Counted from the stretch's first letter, positions 31,201-39,449 are shown. The stretch: DNA of 64,000 nt from Limnothrix sp. BL-A-16 (GCA_041937175.2 CP166615.1:1376001-1440000), one strand, 5' to 3'. Numbers and translations are program-made. Notes: generated by a model from the letters alone, not told the origin.

Positions 31201-33032
31201 TGATAGCGACCAACCAACAAAACCTGGAACAAGCCCGCGCCTATTTTGAACAGTCCCTGGCGATCGCCCAGCAACATCGGGATTTGAGTAATCAAGCCCG
31301 CGCCCTCACCCAAATTGGCCTGCTGGATTACCAAGCCACGCGCTACGAGGCGGCCGTGAGGGCACATCAGGCCAGCTTGGCCCTGGCAGAGCAGGCGAAC
31401 GACCAACCGGCGATCGCCCGCACCCTCGATAATTTGGGTTTGGCCTACTATGCCCAAGGAGACTACGGGGCCGCGGCCACGGTTCAACAAAAGTCCCTGG
31501 CCCTGTCGCAGGCCTTGGGCGATCGCCATGGTACGGCGCGGGCCCTGTCCAACTTGGGAGATACGTACTATCGACTCCAAGACTTTGACGCGGCCACGGA
31601 TTATCTGCAGCGGGCGATCGCCTCTTGGGAACAGGTGCGCGAAAACCTGACCAGTGATGGGGCCCGGCTGGCGATTTTTGAGACCCAAGAAACCACCTAC
31701 AGCACCTTGCAAACGGTGTTAATTGCGGCCCAAAAACCAGAACAGGCCCTGCTGGCCAATGAACGGGGCCGGGCCCAAGCCCTCTTGAAACTGTTGGCGG
31801 AAGAGAGTCAATGGGCCGATCGACCCGCCGCGCGATCGACCCCAACCCCTAACCCATCGGAATTGACGGACTCGATCGACTTAGCACAAATCCAGCGGGT
31901 GGCCCGCGAGCAGTCCGCCACCCTGATTTCCTACGCGATCGAGCGGGATACCCGAGACCACGGAGGCCAACGCCAACTCCTCGACTTGGCTATCAATATT
32001 TGGGTGGTGCAACCTTCGGGACAGGTGCATTTTCGCCAAGTACCCTTGCCCAACAGCCAAACCTTGCGCGATCAAATCCCGTTGCTGCGGTTGTTTTTGG
32101 GAACACGCACCGCCAGCCGATCGGCCCAGTCCACGGTGAACGGCAACCGGCGATCGATCACCCCCGGTTTGCGCCAGCTCCATCGCCTGTTGATTGAGCC
32201 GATCGCCGAATGGTTACCCACCCAACCGGGCGATCGACTGATTGTGATGCCCCAGCAGGATTTGTTCCTGGTGCCCTTTTCCGCCCTGCAAGATGACCAA
32301 GGCCGATACCTGATCGAGCGCCATAGTTTGGCCATGGCTCCTTCGATTCAAGTGCTCGATCGCACCCAACACCAGGCCCAGCGCCTGCGCCAGGAAGGAA
32401 CAGCCCTGACCGATCGCCCCTTGATCGTGGGTAATCCAACCATGCCGCGCTTGCCCAGCAGCCGATCCAATACCCGATCGCAATTGGCCCCGCTGCCCAA
32501 TGCGGAAATCGAAGCCCAATCGATCGCCCGCATGTTGAATGCTCGCCCCCTGTTGGGATCCCAAGCCACCAAAACCGCCGTCTTGGGGCAAATGGAGCAA
32601 GCCAGCCTGATCCACTTGGCCACTCACGGGATTTTGGATGCGAAACATGGCCTAGACAGCGCGATCGCCCTGGCCCCCGGCAACAGCCCGGGGGATGACG
32701 GTTGGTTAACCGCCCGAGAACTGCTGAACCTGGACTTAAAGGCGCAATTAGTCGTCCTCAGCGCCTGCAACACCGGCCAAGGGGCAATTTCCGGCGATGG
32801 AATTGTGGGCTTATCCCGATCGCTCCTGGCGGCCGGAACCCCCAGCGCGATCGTCACCCAATGGGCCGTACCCGACGCACCCACCGCCTTCCTGATGACC
32901 CAGTTCTATCAATTCCTGGGGCAAGGGATGGATAAGGCGGCGGCCTTGCGCCAAGCAACCCTGAGAACTATTCAGGAATATCCCGACCCGATCGACTGGG
33001 CCGCCTTCACCCTCATCGGCGACACCCGCTAG
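28284..33032 (+). CDS. Filamentous-haemagglutinin (TPS) N-terminal domain / low-complexity linker / TPR / CHAT protease
   Basis: Signal AWAQ; NLFHSF..F, NILGRVVGG..S.IDG, NLFLMNPAG; TPRs; LIHLATHG, VLSACNTG, WAAFTLIG. Confidence 0.9.
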   Translation: MHVLRNLGGCSFVGAGVGGCLIIAGIAGFLTIGSLGADSGAAWAQSIAPAADGTGTVVTPQGDRLDISGGSRSSDGANLFHSFERFNLNTQEIANFLATPDLRNILGRVVGGDPSRIDGLIQVSGGSPNLFLMNPAGLVFGPNARLNVPASFTATTATGVSFGESGEFWFQATGSNQYANLLGDPTGLAFALSQPAGIVNRAALAVPTGQSLSLVGGTVLSVGTLSAPGGRLMVAAVPGDRFVRFTPEGSVLALDLPIGGRPGADLTWGPIAPRTIPELLAGQPVTANALTVRPDGTVSIGHSEGPLAAGDVAVQSATAGTATLSAANNLLLLSSQLSTTGDLHLLAGQAAIGRDNPTNPLRLSAGGQLTLWGDRQVDLYGLHHPDSGIISDHSLFLVSSGAIAGNLPLRTGGQLFVTQPTGDRVLFRTVFEPIFSDRSGQITLAFGTTPARSNRAPFISSPVVATTTTRPTTPSPSSTSSSSSTGSTTLRPVVPLNPTGTGTTGTGTTGTINPGSITLIPGTTNDPPTTNPTLSNSVSLIPVAPMQTGSNSSTTNTTVSGLNTSFSLIPIAPVDSPTTNSTSSEDEDDRSAFLPVKPIVVNNNSNTGNTGSSFTVATVNLSLDSANFGGLVTPTNQGIHFSTGKSPISAPWAANVDGLVQSTLANTTEQPVSAGGSSPVAGTVNAGNTNLVGNNLSTAISSDAIVQRANLASATFAANPGSVNGVAGNVAPVTGAVPTSANVSIAPSSGQSPNAAPLVPLSGVTDAANNSTVGTLVTGLPVSSNPLPNSGAIGEGGSNLAHSAGVGNNQAISQTDLLGPRSPGLEGTNPSGIPANGPVTDPGQVLNLQALRAETLQVALCDNTVWLDCQRKDLERARNSGDRKAIVVALQRLGRAHYQAGEYGDAILAHRESRDLAADQPLLAAIAESDLGSSYGALGQYSEAIAHYGQALALLRSNPAPTLESNILNNLGLIATNQQNLEQARAYFEQSLAIAQQHRDLSNQARALTQIGLLDYQATRYEAAVRAHQASLALAEQANDQPAIARTLDNLGLAYYAQGDYGAAATVQQKSLALSQALGDRHGTARALSNLGDTYYRLQDFDAATDYLQRAIASWEQVRENLTSDGARLAIFETQETTYSTLQTVLIAAQKPEQALLANERGRAQALLKLLAEESQWADRPAARSTPTPNPSELTDSIDLAQIQRVAREQSATLISYAIERDTRDHGGQRQLLDLAINIWVVQPSGQVHFRQVPLPNSQTLRDQIPLLRLFLGTRTASRSAQSTVNGNRRSITPGLRQLHRLLIEPIAEWLPTQPGDRLIVMPQQDLFLVPFSALQDDQGRYLIERHSLAMAPSIQVLDRTQHQAQRLRQEGTALTDRPLIVGNPTMPRLPSSRSNTRSQLAPLPNAEIEAQSIARMLNARPLLGSQATKTAVLGQMEQASLIHLATHGILDAKHGLDSAIALAPGNSPGDDGWLTARELLNLDLKAQLVVLSACNTGQGAISGDGIVGLSRSLLAAGTPSAIVTQWAVPDAPTAFLMTQFYQFLGQGMDKAAALRQATLRTIQEYPDPIDWAAFTLIGDTR

Positions 33033-33111
33033 TTCTCTCCAATAGACTCCTGCCCAAAAGGTGAGCGTTGATGAATTCCAATCTCACCAGCGCCGCAAGT
33101 TGGGGAAACGA

Positions 33112-33120
33112 TGCTATACT
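33112..33120 (+). promoter_or_regulatory. Extended -10 promoter element for the riboswitch-led transcript
   Basis: TG-C-TATACT 7-8 nt upstream of the riboswitch 5' end. Confidence 0.55.
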
Positions 33121-33127
33121 TCACCGA

Positions 33128-33241
33128 GTCGGTTCTAGCGGGGAGCAGCCGCTAGAGGTAACGGGGAAAGTTCGGTGTGAATCCGGCACTGTCCCGCAGC
33201 TGTGAAGGAGAAGTGTTTCTCCGAGTCAGAATGCCCGCCGA
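33128..33241 (+). ncRNA. Cobalamin (B12) riboswitch
   Basis: GGTTCTAGCGG..CCGCTAGAGGTAACGGGGAAAGTTCGGTGTGAATCCGGCACTGTCCCGCAGCTGTG...GAGTCAGAATGCCCGCCGA matches the B12-element core; upstream of metE. Confidence 0.93.
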
Positions 33242-33279
33242 TTCAATCCTACAAAGCCCTAAACATCTGCGAGGTACAG

Positions 33280-33393
33280 ATGAACTTACAGCATTTTGCT
33301 GACGACCGCCAAAGGCTTGGGTCGTCAAACTTTTACAGTGCAACGCTTCAGCTCAGCACCTTAGCCGTGCCTCCCTGTTCGACTAATTCCTAA
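33280..33393 (+). CDS. Putative 37-aa leader ORF directly under riboswitch control
   Basis: The hairpin CATCTG-CGAGGTA-CAGATG contains the GAGG SD and the ATG; translation is not proven. Confidence 0.35.
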   Translation: MNLQHFADDRQRLGSSNFYSATLQLSTLAVPPCSTNS

Positions 33394-33772
33394 GTCCAGG
33401 CGGGCGCAGACCCCAATTCCCTCCAAGAGCTGACCGCTAGGGCCATCCGGTTTCTACCCAATGGCAAGGGCCAATCACGATGACCGGAGACTGATGATCA
33501 GGCCTCCCGATCGCTGATTGCATTCTGGACTTCCTCTAGATTGTGAGAAACCCGATCGCCCGATCAAAGTCAGCGGGACTTGGTGTTAGCGAGACTAAGA
33601 AGGCTGACAAACTTAACCTTCGTCGCTCTCACCAGTGACAAACTCCAGCACAGGGGCACAACCGCAAACCTTGTGGATTCAGCCCCCCAGCGAGACTCGG
33701 GCACCCTCAAATTAATGCCCATACTCGCTGCATTTTGGCTGGATTAGGTCTGTCTGTCGCCTGGGACTTGGG
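33389..33772 (+). ncRNA. Large multibranch structured RNA in the metE leader (unassigned)
   Basis: Long closing helix 33389-33428 / 33733-33772 plus at least five internal helices found by manual pairing. Confidence 0.45.
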
Positions 33773-33904
33773 TTCAACATTCATCCCTTGACATCGCGCG
33801 GCCTTGCCTAGCCGATCGGTGGGTGTTCTGTTCGATCAAGCACCCCTCAACTGCGCTGTCATCATCACTCAAAATTTCGCAAAATTTCAGGAGCCTCGAT
33901 TCCC

Positions 33905-36154
33905 ATGGTTATTCAAACCGCCACCTTGGGCTATGCCCGCATGGGCAAAAATCGTGAAGTCAAAAAGGCCCTAGAGTCTTTTTGGCATGGCAAGTGTGAG
34001 ATCAACGCATTGCGATCGACCGTAGAAGCTGTGGAAACCCATGCTTGGACAGTTCAGTTAAAAGCTGGGGTCGATCGAATTGCCGTCGGAGACCAAACTC
34101 TTTACGACCACGTTCTAGATTGGTCAGTGCGTCTGGGGCTAATTCCCGCTCGGTTTCGGCAGTTCACAGGCATTGATCAGTACTTTGCGATGGCCAGGGG
34201 CAAAGACGGGATTCCTGCACTCGAAATGACGAAATGGTTTGATACCAACTATCACTATCTCGTGCCCGAAATTGAGTCTGATCTTGTTCCCACGGCCAAT
34301 TTCGATGATTTCCTAGCAACGGTCAAGCGAGCACAGCTCATTCTCAGCGATCGGGCAACTCCCGTGATCCTCAGTCCGATTACGCTGCTCACCCTCAGTC
34401 GGCGCTCCAACGATCTCTACTCGGATTTAGATCGGTTGCTGCCTCTTTACCTTGACCTACTGGGGCAGTTGAAATCCCTGGGAATCACCGAGGTGCAATT
34501 CCATGAGCCAACCTTAGTAACCAGTCATGCCGGTGATTTAGAAACTGCAATTAAACATACCTACCATCAACTAGCAACTGCGGGGTTGCCGATTCAACTG
34601 GTCACCTACTTTGATGATTTGGGGGATGCCTATAACTGGGTGATGCAGCTCCCGGTAGCTGGAGTTAGCCTCGATTTCACACGAAGCAACAATCTATCTT
34701 TAGTGAAAACCCATGGCTTTCCTCACGACAAAGTGCTTGGGGCCGGTGTTGTGGACGGGCGGAGCGTTTGGGCCATTGAACCCAAGGGTCTGTTGGAACT
34801 GCTTCAGGAATTGCAGGCAATCACACCAAATTTGCGTGTTCAGCCCTCCGCGTCACTCCAGTTTGTTCCCCATGATGCAACCTGCGAAGCTCAACTCCCG
34901 CAACCTTTGCGCGATGTCCTCAGTTTTGCGGAGCAAAAGTTAACGGAAGTGGTGTTGCTGGCAAGCGGCCTCAACGGACAAGACACGACCAACGAGCAAG
35001 CTGCGATCGAGTTGCGTTGGCAGGCATTCAAGCATTTCAACTTACCTAACCCGGCAGTGCGCGATGTGTTACAAACCCTCAAGGTAGAGGATTTTCAGCG
35101 CTCCCTTCCCTATGAACAACGGCTGAATCAGCAACCCAAACTTCCCCCCCTGCCCACCACCACGATCGGTTCTTTTCCGCAAACCCAAGACATTCGACAA
35201 CTGCGGCTCCGATACAAAAAAGGGGAAATTTCCCAAGCGGACTATCACCAGGCGATCGATACCAAAATTGCAGAGTGCATCAAACTCCAAGAGGACGTTG
35301 GGCTAGATGTGCTAGTGCACGGTGAGTTTGAGCGAACTGACATGGTGGAGTATTTTGGACAGCAACTCCAGGGCTTTGCCTTCACAACGGATGGATGGGT
35401 GCAGAGTTATGGCAGTCGTTGCGTTCGCCCACCCATCATTTATGGTGATGTGTCCCGACTGCAACCCATGACCGTTCGGGAGTTTCAAGTTGCACAATCA
35501 TTGACAGATAAACCGGTGAAGGGAATGCTCACGGGCCCGGTCACCATGATCAATTGGTCATTCCCTCGGGCTGACCTCCCGCGCCGTGAACAGGCCATGC
35601 AGATTGCGCTGGCTTTACGAGATGAGGTTGCCGATTTGGAAGCCGCTGGCGCTGTCATGGTGCAAGTGGATGAACCGGCCCTCCGGGAAGGATTGCCCTT
35701 GAAATCTGCTCGGTGGAATGAGTACCTCAGTTGGGCTGTGGATTCGTTCCGATTAGCCACCGGTGGCGCGAAGACTGAAACCCAAATTCACACGCACATG
35801 TGCTATTCCGAGTTTGGAGACATTATTGAGCACATTGAACGCCTTGATGCGGATGTTCTATCCATTGAAAATAGCCGCAGCAACAACGCAACGCTCTTTG
35901 AAATCACGGATGCTGGATATCAGTATCAAGTTGGGAACGGGGTCTATGATGTCCACAGCCCAAGCGTTCCCAGTGTGGAACAAATTCTTCAGCAGTTGCG
36001 CACGGGTGCTGATCGTTTGCCTGTTCAGCAAACCTGGATTAATCCTGACTGCGGGCTAAAAACTCGCCAGTGGGAAGAAGTGCTTCCTGCGCTCAAAAAT
36101 ATGGTGCTCGCCACGCAAAAGCTACGGGAAGAAATTCATGATTCATCCCACTAG
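33905..36154 (+). CDS. metE: Cobalamin-independent methionine synthase
   Basis: EMTKWFDTNYHY, PTTTIGSFPQT, VHGEFER.DMVEYFG, HTHMCYSEF, WINPDCGLKTR; AGGAG RBS. Confidence 0.97.
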   Translation: MVIQTATLGYARMGKNREVKKALESFWHGKCEINALRSTVEAVETHAWTVQLKAGVDRIAVGDQTLYDHVLDWSVRLGLIPARFRQFTGIDQYFAMARGKDGIPALEMTKWFDTNYHYLVPEIESDLVPTANFDDFLATVKRAQLILSDRATPVILSPITLLTLSRRSNDLYSDLDRLLPLYLDLLGQLKSLGITEVQFHEPTLVTSHAGDLETAIKHTYHQLATAGLPIQLVTYFDDLGDAYNWVMQLPVAGVSLDFTRSNNLSLVKTHGFPHDKVLGAGVVDGRSVWAIEPKGLLELLQELQAITPNLRVQPSASLQFVPHDATCEAQLPQPLRDVLSFAEQKLTEVVLLASGLNGQDTTNEQAAIELRWQAFKHFNLPNPAVRDVLQTLKVEDFQRSLPYEQRLNQQPKLPPLPTTTIGSFPQTQDIRQLRLRYKKGEISQADYHQAIDTKIAECIKLQEDVGLDVLVHGEFERTDMVEYFGQQLQGFAFTTDGWVQSYGSRCVRPPIIYGDVSRLQPMTVREFQVAQSLTDKPVKGMLTGPVTMINWSFPRADLPRREQAMQIALALRDEVADLEAAGAVMVQVDEPALREGLPLKSARWNEYLSWAVDSFRLATGGAKTETQIHTHMCYSEFGDIIEHIERLDADVLSIENSRSNNATLFEITDAGYQYQVGNGVYDVHSPSVPSVEQILQQLRTGADRLPVQQTWINPDCGLKTRQWEEVLPALKNMVLATQKLREEIHDSSH

Positions 36155-36572
36155 CCCAAGGTTGTCAAACCTGACTGTTGGCTTACCCAACGTTATTCAG
36201 GATAACTTCCTGTACATCGGCTATGTTGCATGGCAAGGCCACCTCCAATATGGACGAGGGATGGTGGCTTGTACAGTGCAAGAAACGGTGACTAATCGCT
36301 TGGGTGGGATTGAGGATGTAACAGCAAGGTCTGTGCAATATATTCCGTTCGACCTTGCTGCTTTATACCTTGACCTTTGCCTTGTGCCTGTTAGTTCAAT
36401 CGATCGCCTGTTGAGCGTGATCAAAACCTATGCACCCGATCGAGAGATTTTGATTTTGGTCAAGCAAGGTCAAGATGTGGAGATTGACTGGCTGCAAAAC
36501 CTAGCAATTTCACCTTCTGAGTGTTATCGCCAAGTGTGCGATCGCTGGTCAGAGTTTAATCTGGCTTCTTAA
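36138..36572 (+). CDS. Hypothetical protein, paralog of 38886-39353
   Basis: Overlaps the metE stop by 17 nt; shares GY.AW...L..GRG.V.C and ISP...Y..VC....EF.L with the downstream paralog. Confidence 0.75.
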   Translation: MIHPTSPRLSNLTVGLPNVIQDNFLYIGYVAWQGHLQYGRGMVACTVQETVTNRLGGIEDVTARSVQYIPFDLAALYLDLCLVPVSSIDRLLSVIKTYAPDREILILVKQGQDVEIDWLQNLAISPSECYRQVCDRWSEFNLAS

Positions 36573-36672
36573 CTCAACAGAGGCTGGATTAACACCAAGG
36601 ATTGCAGTGTTGATGATTGCTTCGGCGGATCAGCTCGATGCATGAGCTAGTTCATTGTGTTCTCTTTCATTT

Positions 36673-38052
36673 ATGAATAAGCAGTCGATTTTGGCATTGG
36701 CAGACCATCCCACTGTGGCAGTGACAGGGCGAGTGGATCAGTGGCTCCATGATCCTGCGGGGCGGCTGCCGGTGAGCTGTACGGTTCTGGCTGTGCAGGA
36801 TCGAATGGATGGCCCGGATGGCATTGAAGATAGTTGGCATTTCACGAGCCAGGCCCTCCGCTATGGGGCTGGTGTTGCGATCAACTTGTCAGCGCTTCGG
36901 CCTGCGGGTACGGTTTCGCCGAATGTCACAGCCTCTGGCCCCACATCTTTTGCCCGCATTTACAGCGTCTTGAATGAGACGATCCGCCGGGGCGGTCGAT
37001 TTAAAAACGGGGCGGTCAATTTGCATTTGGATAGTCATCACCCTGATGCTCAGGACTTTATTAAGATTCCAATCGATCGCTTGCCTTGGGCTAAACGCAC
37101 GCTAATTGTTCATGATGATTTGCTGCAATTGCCATACCTGAATGACATCATGGAGCAAATGCAATCCGGCAGTTTGTGGCTCTCCAAAGCTCGGACGGAT
37201 GCTGCGGGAAATGTGCTGTATGGCAATGTTTGCAATGAAATTTTTTTGCCGTCACGGGGAACCTGTTTGCTGCAACATGTCAACTTGGGAATGTGTTGCA
37301 TTGAGGATATTCCTGATGCTTTCGAGCATGGCATGAAGATGCTCTGTTCAATTCATCCCATCACTGGTGTGGGTGAGAGTAGCCTTTATCGATCGCCCGA
37401 ACATGATCGACAGGTGGGGTTGGGGGTCATTGGCTTGGCATCGCTTTTGGCGATCGAAAGCGTTACCTATCGCGAGTTGGTGGAAGCTTGGGAATTGCGC
37501 CTGCGGCCGATCGACCACGCAAGAAGTCAAACCAAGGCCGATCGATTAGTGAACAGCCTAATTGAAGGGTTCGATCGCGCGGCGGCTTGGGCCCGAAAAG
37601 AGGGAATGGAGCGCAGTCTAACGATCGCGCCAACGGCTTCCTGTGCTTATCGCTATGTTGATCGCGATGGCTACACAACAACACCGGAAATTAGCCCCCC
37701 GATCGCCTGTGAAGTCGATCGCTACAGTGGTGTTTTTGGGATCCAAACCTATGATCATCATCCCCGAGTAGAAACTGCTTCAGAAGTGGGATATGAGGAC
37801 TATTTCCGGCTGGCCAATTGTTGGCAGCAAAGCATGGAAGCGACGGGACAGGCTCACTCGATATCCTTCAACATTTGGGATACCCAGGTGATTGATCAAG
37901 ATTTCCTAGAAAAATGGATGCGATCGGCACTTTGGACAACCTACTATCGATTGCCAGTCCGTCAACAATCCGCCCTTGATAAAACCATCATTCAACAGAA
38001 ATCGTTAACTTGCGATCTGTCGGCTGATGAATGTGTTGCTTGTGCTGAATAG
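36673..38052 (+). CDS. Minimal ribonucleotide reductase catalytic (alpha, NrdA-like) subunit, cyanophage-like / class Ø type
   Basis: About 460 aa; GRLPVSCT, finger loop GNVCNE (NxCxE), TCLLQHVNLG, QVGLGVIGLA, IAPTASC, TTYYR dyad, C-terminal CVACAE; no ATP-cone. Confidence 0.88.
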   Translation: MNKQSILALADHPTVAVTGRVDQWLHDPAGRLPVSCTVLAVQDRMDGPDGIEDSWHFTSQALRYGAGVAINLSALRPAGTVSPNVTASGPTSFARIYSVLNETIRRGGRFKNGAVNLHLDSHHPDAQDFIKIPIDRLPWAKRTLIVHDDLLQLPYLNDIMEQMQSGSLWLSKARTDAAGNVLYGNVCNEIFLPSRGTCLLQHVNLGMCCIEDIPDAFEHGMKMLCSIHPITGVGESSLYRSPEHDRQVGLGVIGLASLLAIESVTYRELVEAWELRLRPIDHARSQTKADRLVNSLIEGFDRAAAWARKEGMERSLTIAPTASCAYRYVDRDGYTTTPEISPPIACEVDRYSGVFGIQTYDHHPRVETASEVGYEDYFRLANCWQQSMEATGQAHSISFNIWDTQVIDQDFLEKWMRSALWTTYYRLPVRQQSALDKTIIQQKSLTCDLSADECVACAE

Positions 38053-38064
38053 GAAGCATTTCTG

Positions 38065-38784
38065 ATGGACTTTTACACTGAACAATTGGCTCGCAAGCGC
38101 TCCTGGACACCCACTTGTGGCGAAAGGATGAACACAATGCCGGGCGCGGATCAAGTTTTGGGGCGGGCCCTGGCGCTGCGTGTTCTTGAATTAGAAGTGG
38201 CGGAATGGCTAGACGACGCTTTGGGCAAAACGACACTTCCAGCAACAGCAGTTGAATGTCTGCGCTCTAATATTCTTGATGAAGAACGGCACGACAAAGT
38301 GTTAGGAATGGCCGCTCAAATCTATCAACTGACGACCGATAGGGACGAAGCAGAAGCCAAACAAATTCATCAGCAATGGATTCATCATCCTGACCATCCA
38401 TTGGTCAAGGCCTTCGTGTTGGAAAATTCCGTCTTCTTTGTGATTCTGCCCTTGCTGCGGATGTTTGGTGGCGTGGGTTTGGGAATCATCTCAGGCGATA
38501 TTTCCGGTGATGAATCTGTCCATGCGGCCGTCCATCGCCAAGCAGCGCATGATCTAGGATTGACCTACAGCAGTTCCTTAGATCGTCTTAGAAGAGATAC
38601 CGTTGGTTGGCTGGTGGATGGCTTGCGAATCCCGGAAGCGGGACGTTCTGGGAAACCTCAACGTTGGTTGGATGCGTCAGATAGTTTGCTCTATCAAGGG
38701 GCTTCTGATTTGGTGGAAACCCGTCGCGCAATTCAGCCTGCATTTTTTGAAATTGCTAACGATGCCCTACCGAGCTATCGGTAA
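38065..38784 (+). CDS. Ferritin-like ribonucleotide reductase small (beta, NrdB-like) subunit
   Basis: 239 aa, 12 nt after alpha; ligand pattern LELEV / DEERH / LENSVFF / DESVH; C-terminal LPSYR. Confidence 0.83.
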   Translation: MDFYTEQLARKRSWTPTCGERMNTMPGADQVLGRALALRVLELEVAEWLDDALGKTTLPATAVECLRSNILDEERHDKVLGMAAQIYQLTTDRDEAEAKQIHQQWIHHPDHPLVKAFVLENSVFFVILPLLRMFGGVGLGIISGDISGDESVHAAVHRQAAHDLGLTYSSSLDRLRRDTVGWLVDGLRIPEAGRSGKPQRWLDASDSLLYQGASDLVETRRAIQPAFFEIANDALPSYR

Positions 38785-38885
38785 CTGGTCAGATAATGGC
38801 TTGAGTTCTATCACTGACAATCATAATTTTCAGCATTTTCGACCATGGGTTTTGATCTGAAGTTGTGACGAGTTGGAGTTTTTGG

Positions 38886-39353
38886 ATGGCGACATCTTCT
38901 TCTGACTGGCAGGAGTCCTTTGTTGCCACAAATTTAATTGCTCTGGGATATAACGCTTGGAGTAATTATTTGGCGGGAGGACGAGGTGCAGTGATTTGTA
39001 GCTTGAATTTACCGCAGCTCAACATCACAGGAGAAACATTTCGTACCCATTATGTTGTGAGATCACGACTCGCTGCATTTTTAAATGCCTGGCTAGCCTT
39101 TCCTGATACGGTGATTCTGAATCATCACCATATGAATGGTCATATCTTACAAGCCGTTGACAGCTACAATCCCGAAACCGATCTGGTTTTGTTGCTGGAA
39201 TCTGGCGCGCAAGCCGCTTTTTTATATTTACGCGCTTTGCCCATTTCGCCTCCTAAAAGTTATCAGATCGTTTGTCAAATTCAAGATGAATTTCGTCTAG
39301 AACAACCGAACGCTGCTGAGTTGGGGCAATCTGGAATTGGTCTGAATTTTTAG
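38886..39353 (+). CDS. Hypothetical protein, paralog of 36138-36572
   Basis: GGAG RBS before ATG 38886; shared motifs as above. Confidence 0.75.
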   Translation: MATSSSDWQESFVATNLIALGYNAWSNYLAGGRGAVICSLNLPQLNITGETFRTHYVVRSRLAAFLNAWLAFPDTVILNHHHMNGHILQAVDSYNPETDLVLLLESGAQAAFLYLRALPISPPKSYQIVCQIQDEFRLEQPNAAELGQSGIGLNF

Positions 39354-39449
39354 TGAAATAGGCTGCGGCCGGTCGGTTTCTGGAGCGATCGCCCTATTCG
39401 ATCGCCCCAACTGCGATATTCTGGTCTGTGCATTGCTCCTGGCTGTTTT

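Noticed and set aside
36673..38052. Annotating the RNR as class II (NrdJ, B12-dependent)
   Set aside because: It is too short to include a B12-binding region, keeps the YY dyad, has an adjacent ferritin-like subunit and lies downstream of a cobalamin riboswitch with metE
36138..39353. Prophage explanation for the phage-like RNR
   Set aside because: No integrase, structural, terminase or replication genes nearby; the neighbours are metE and proS
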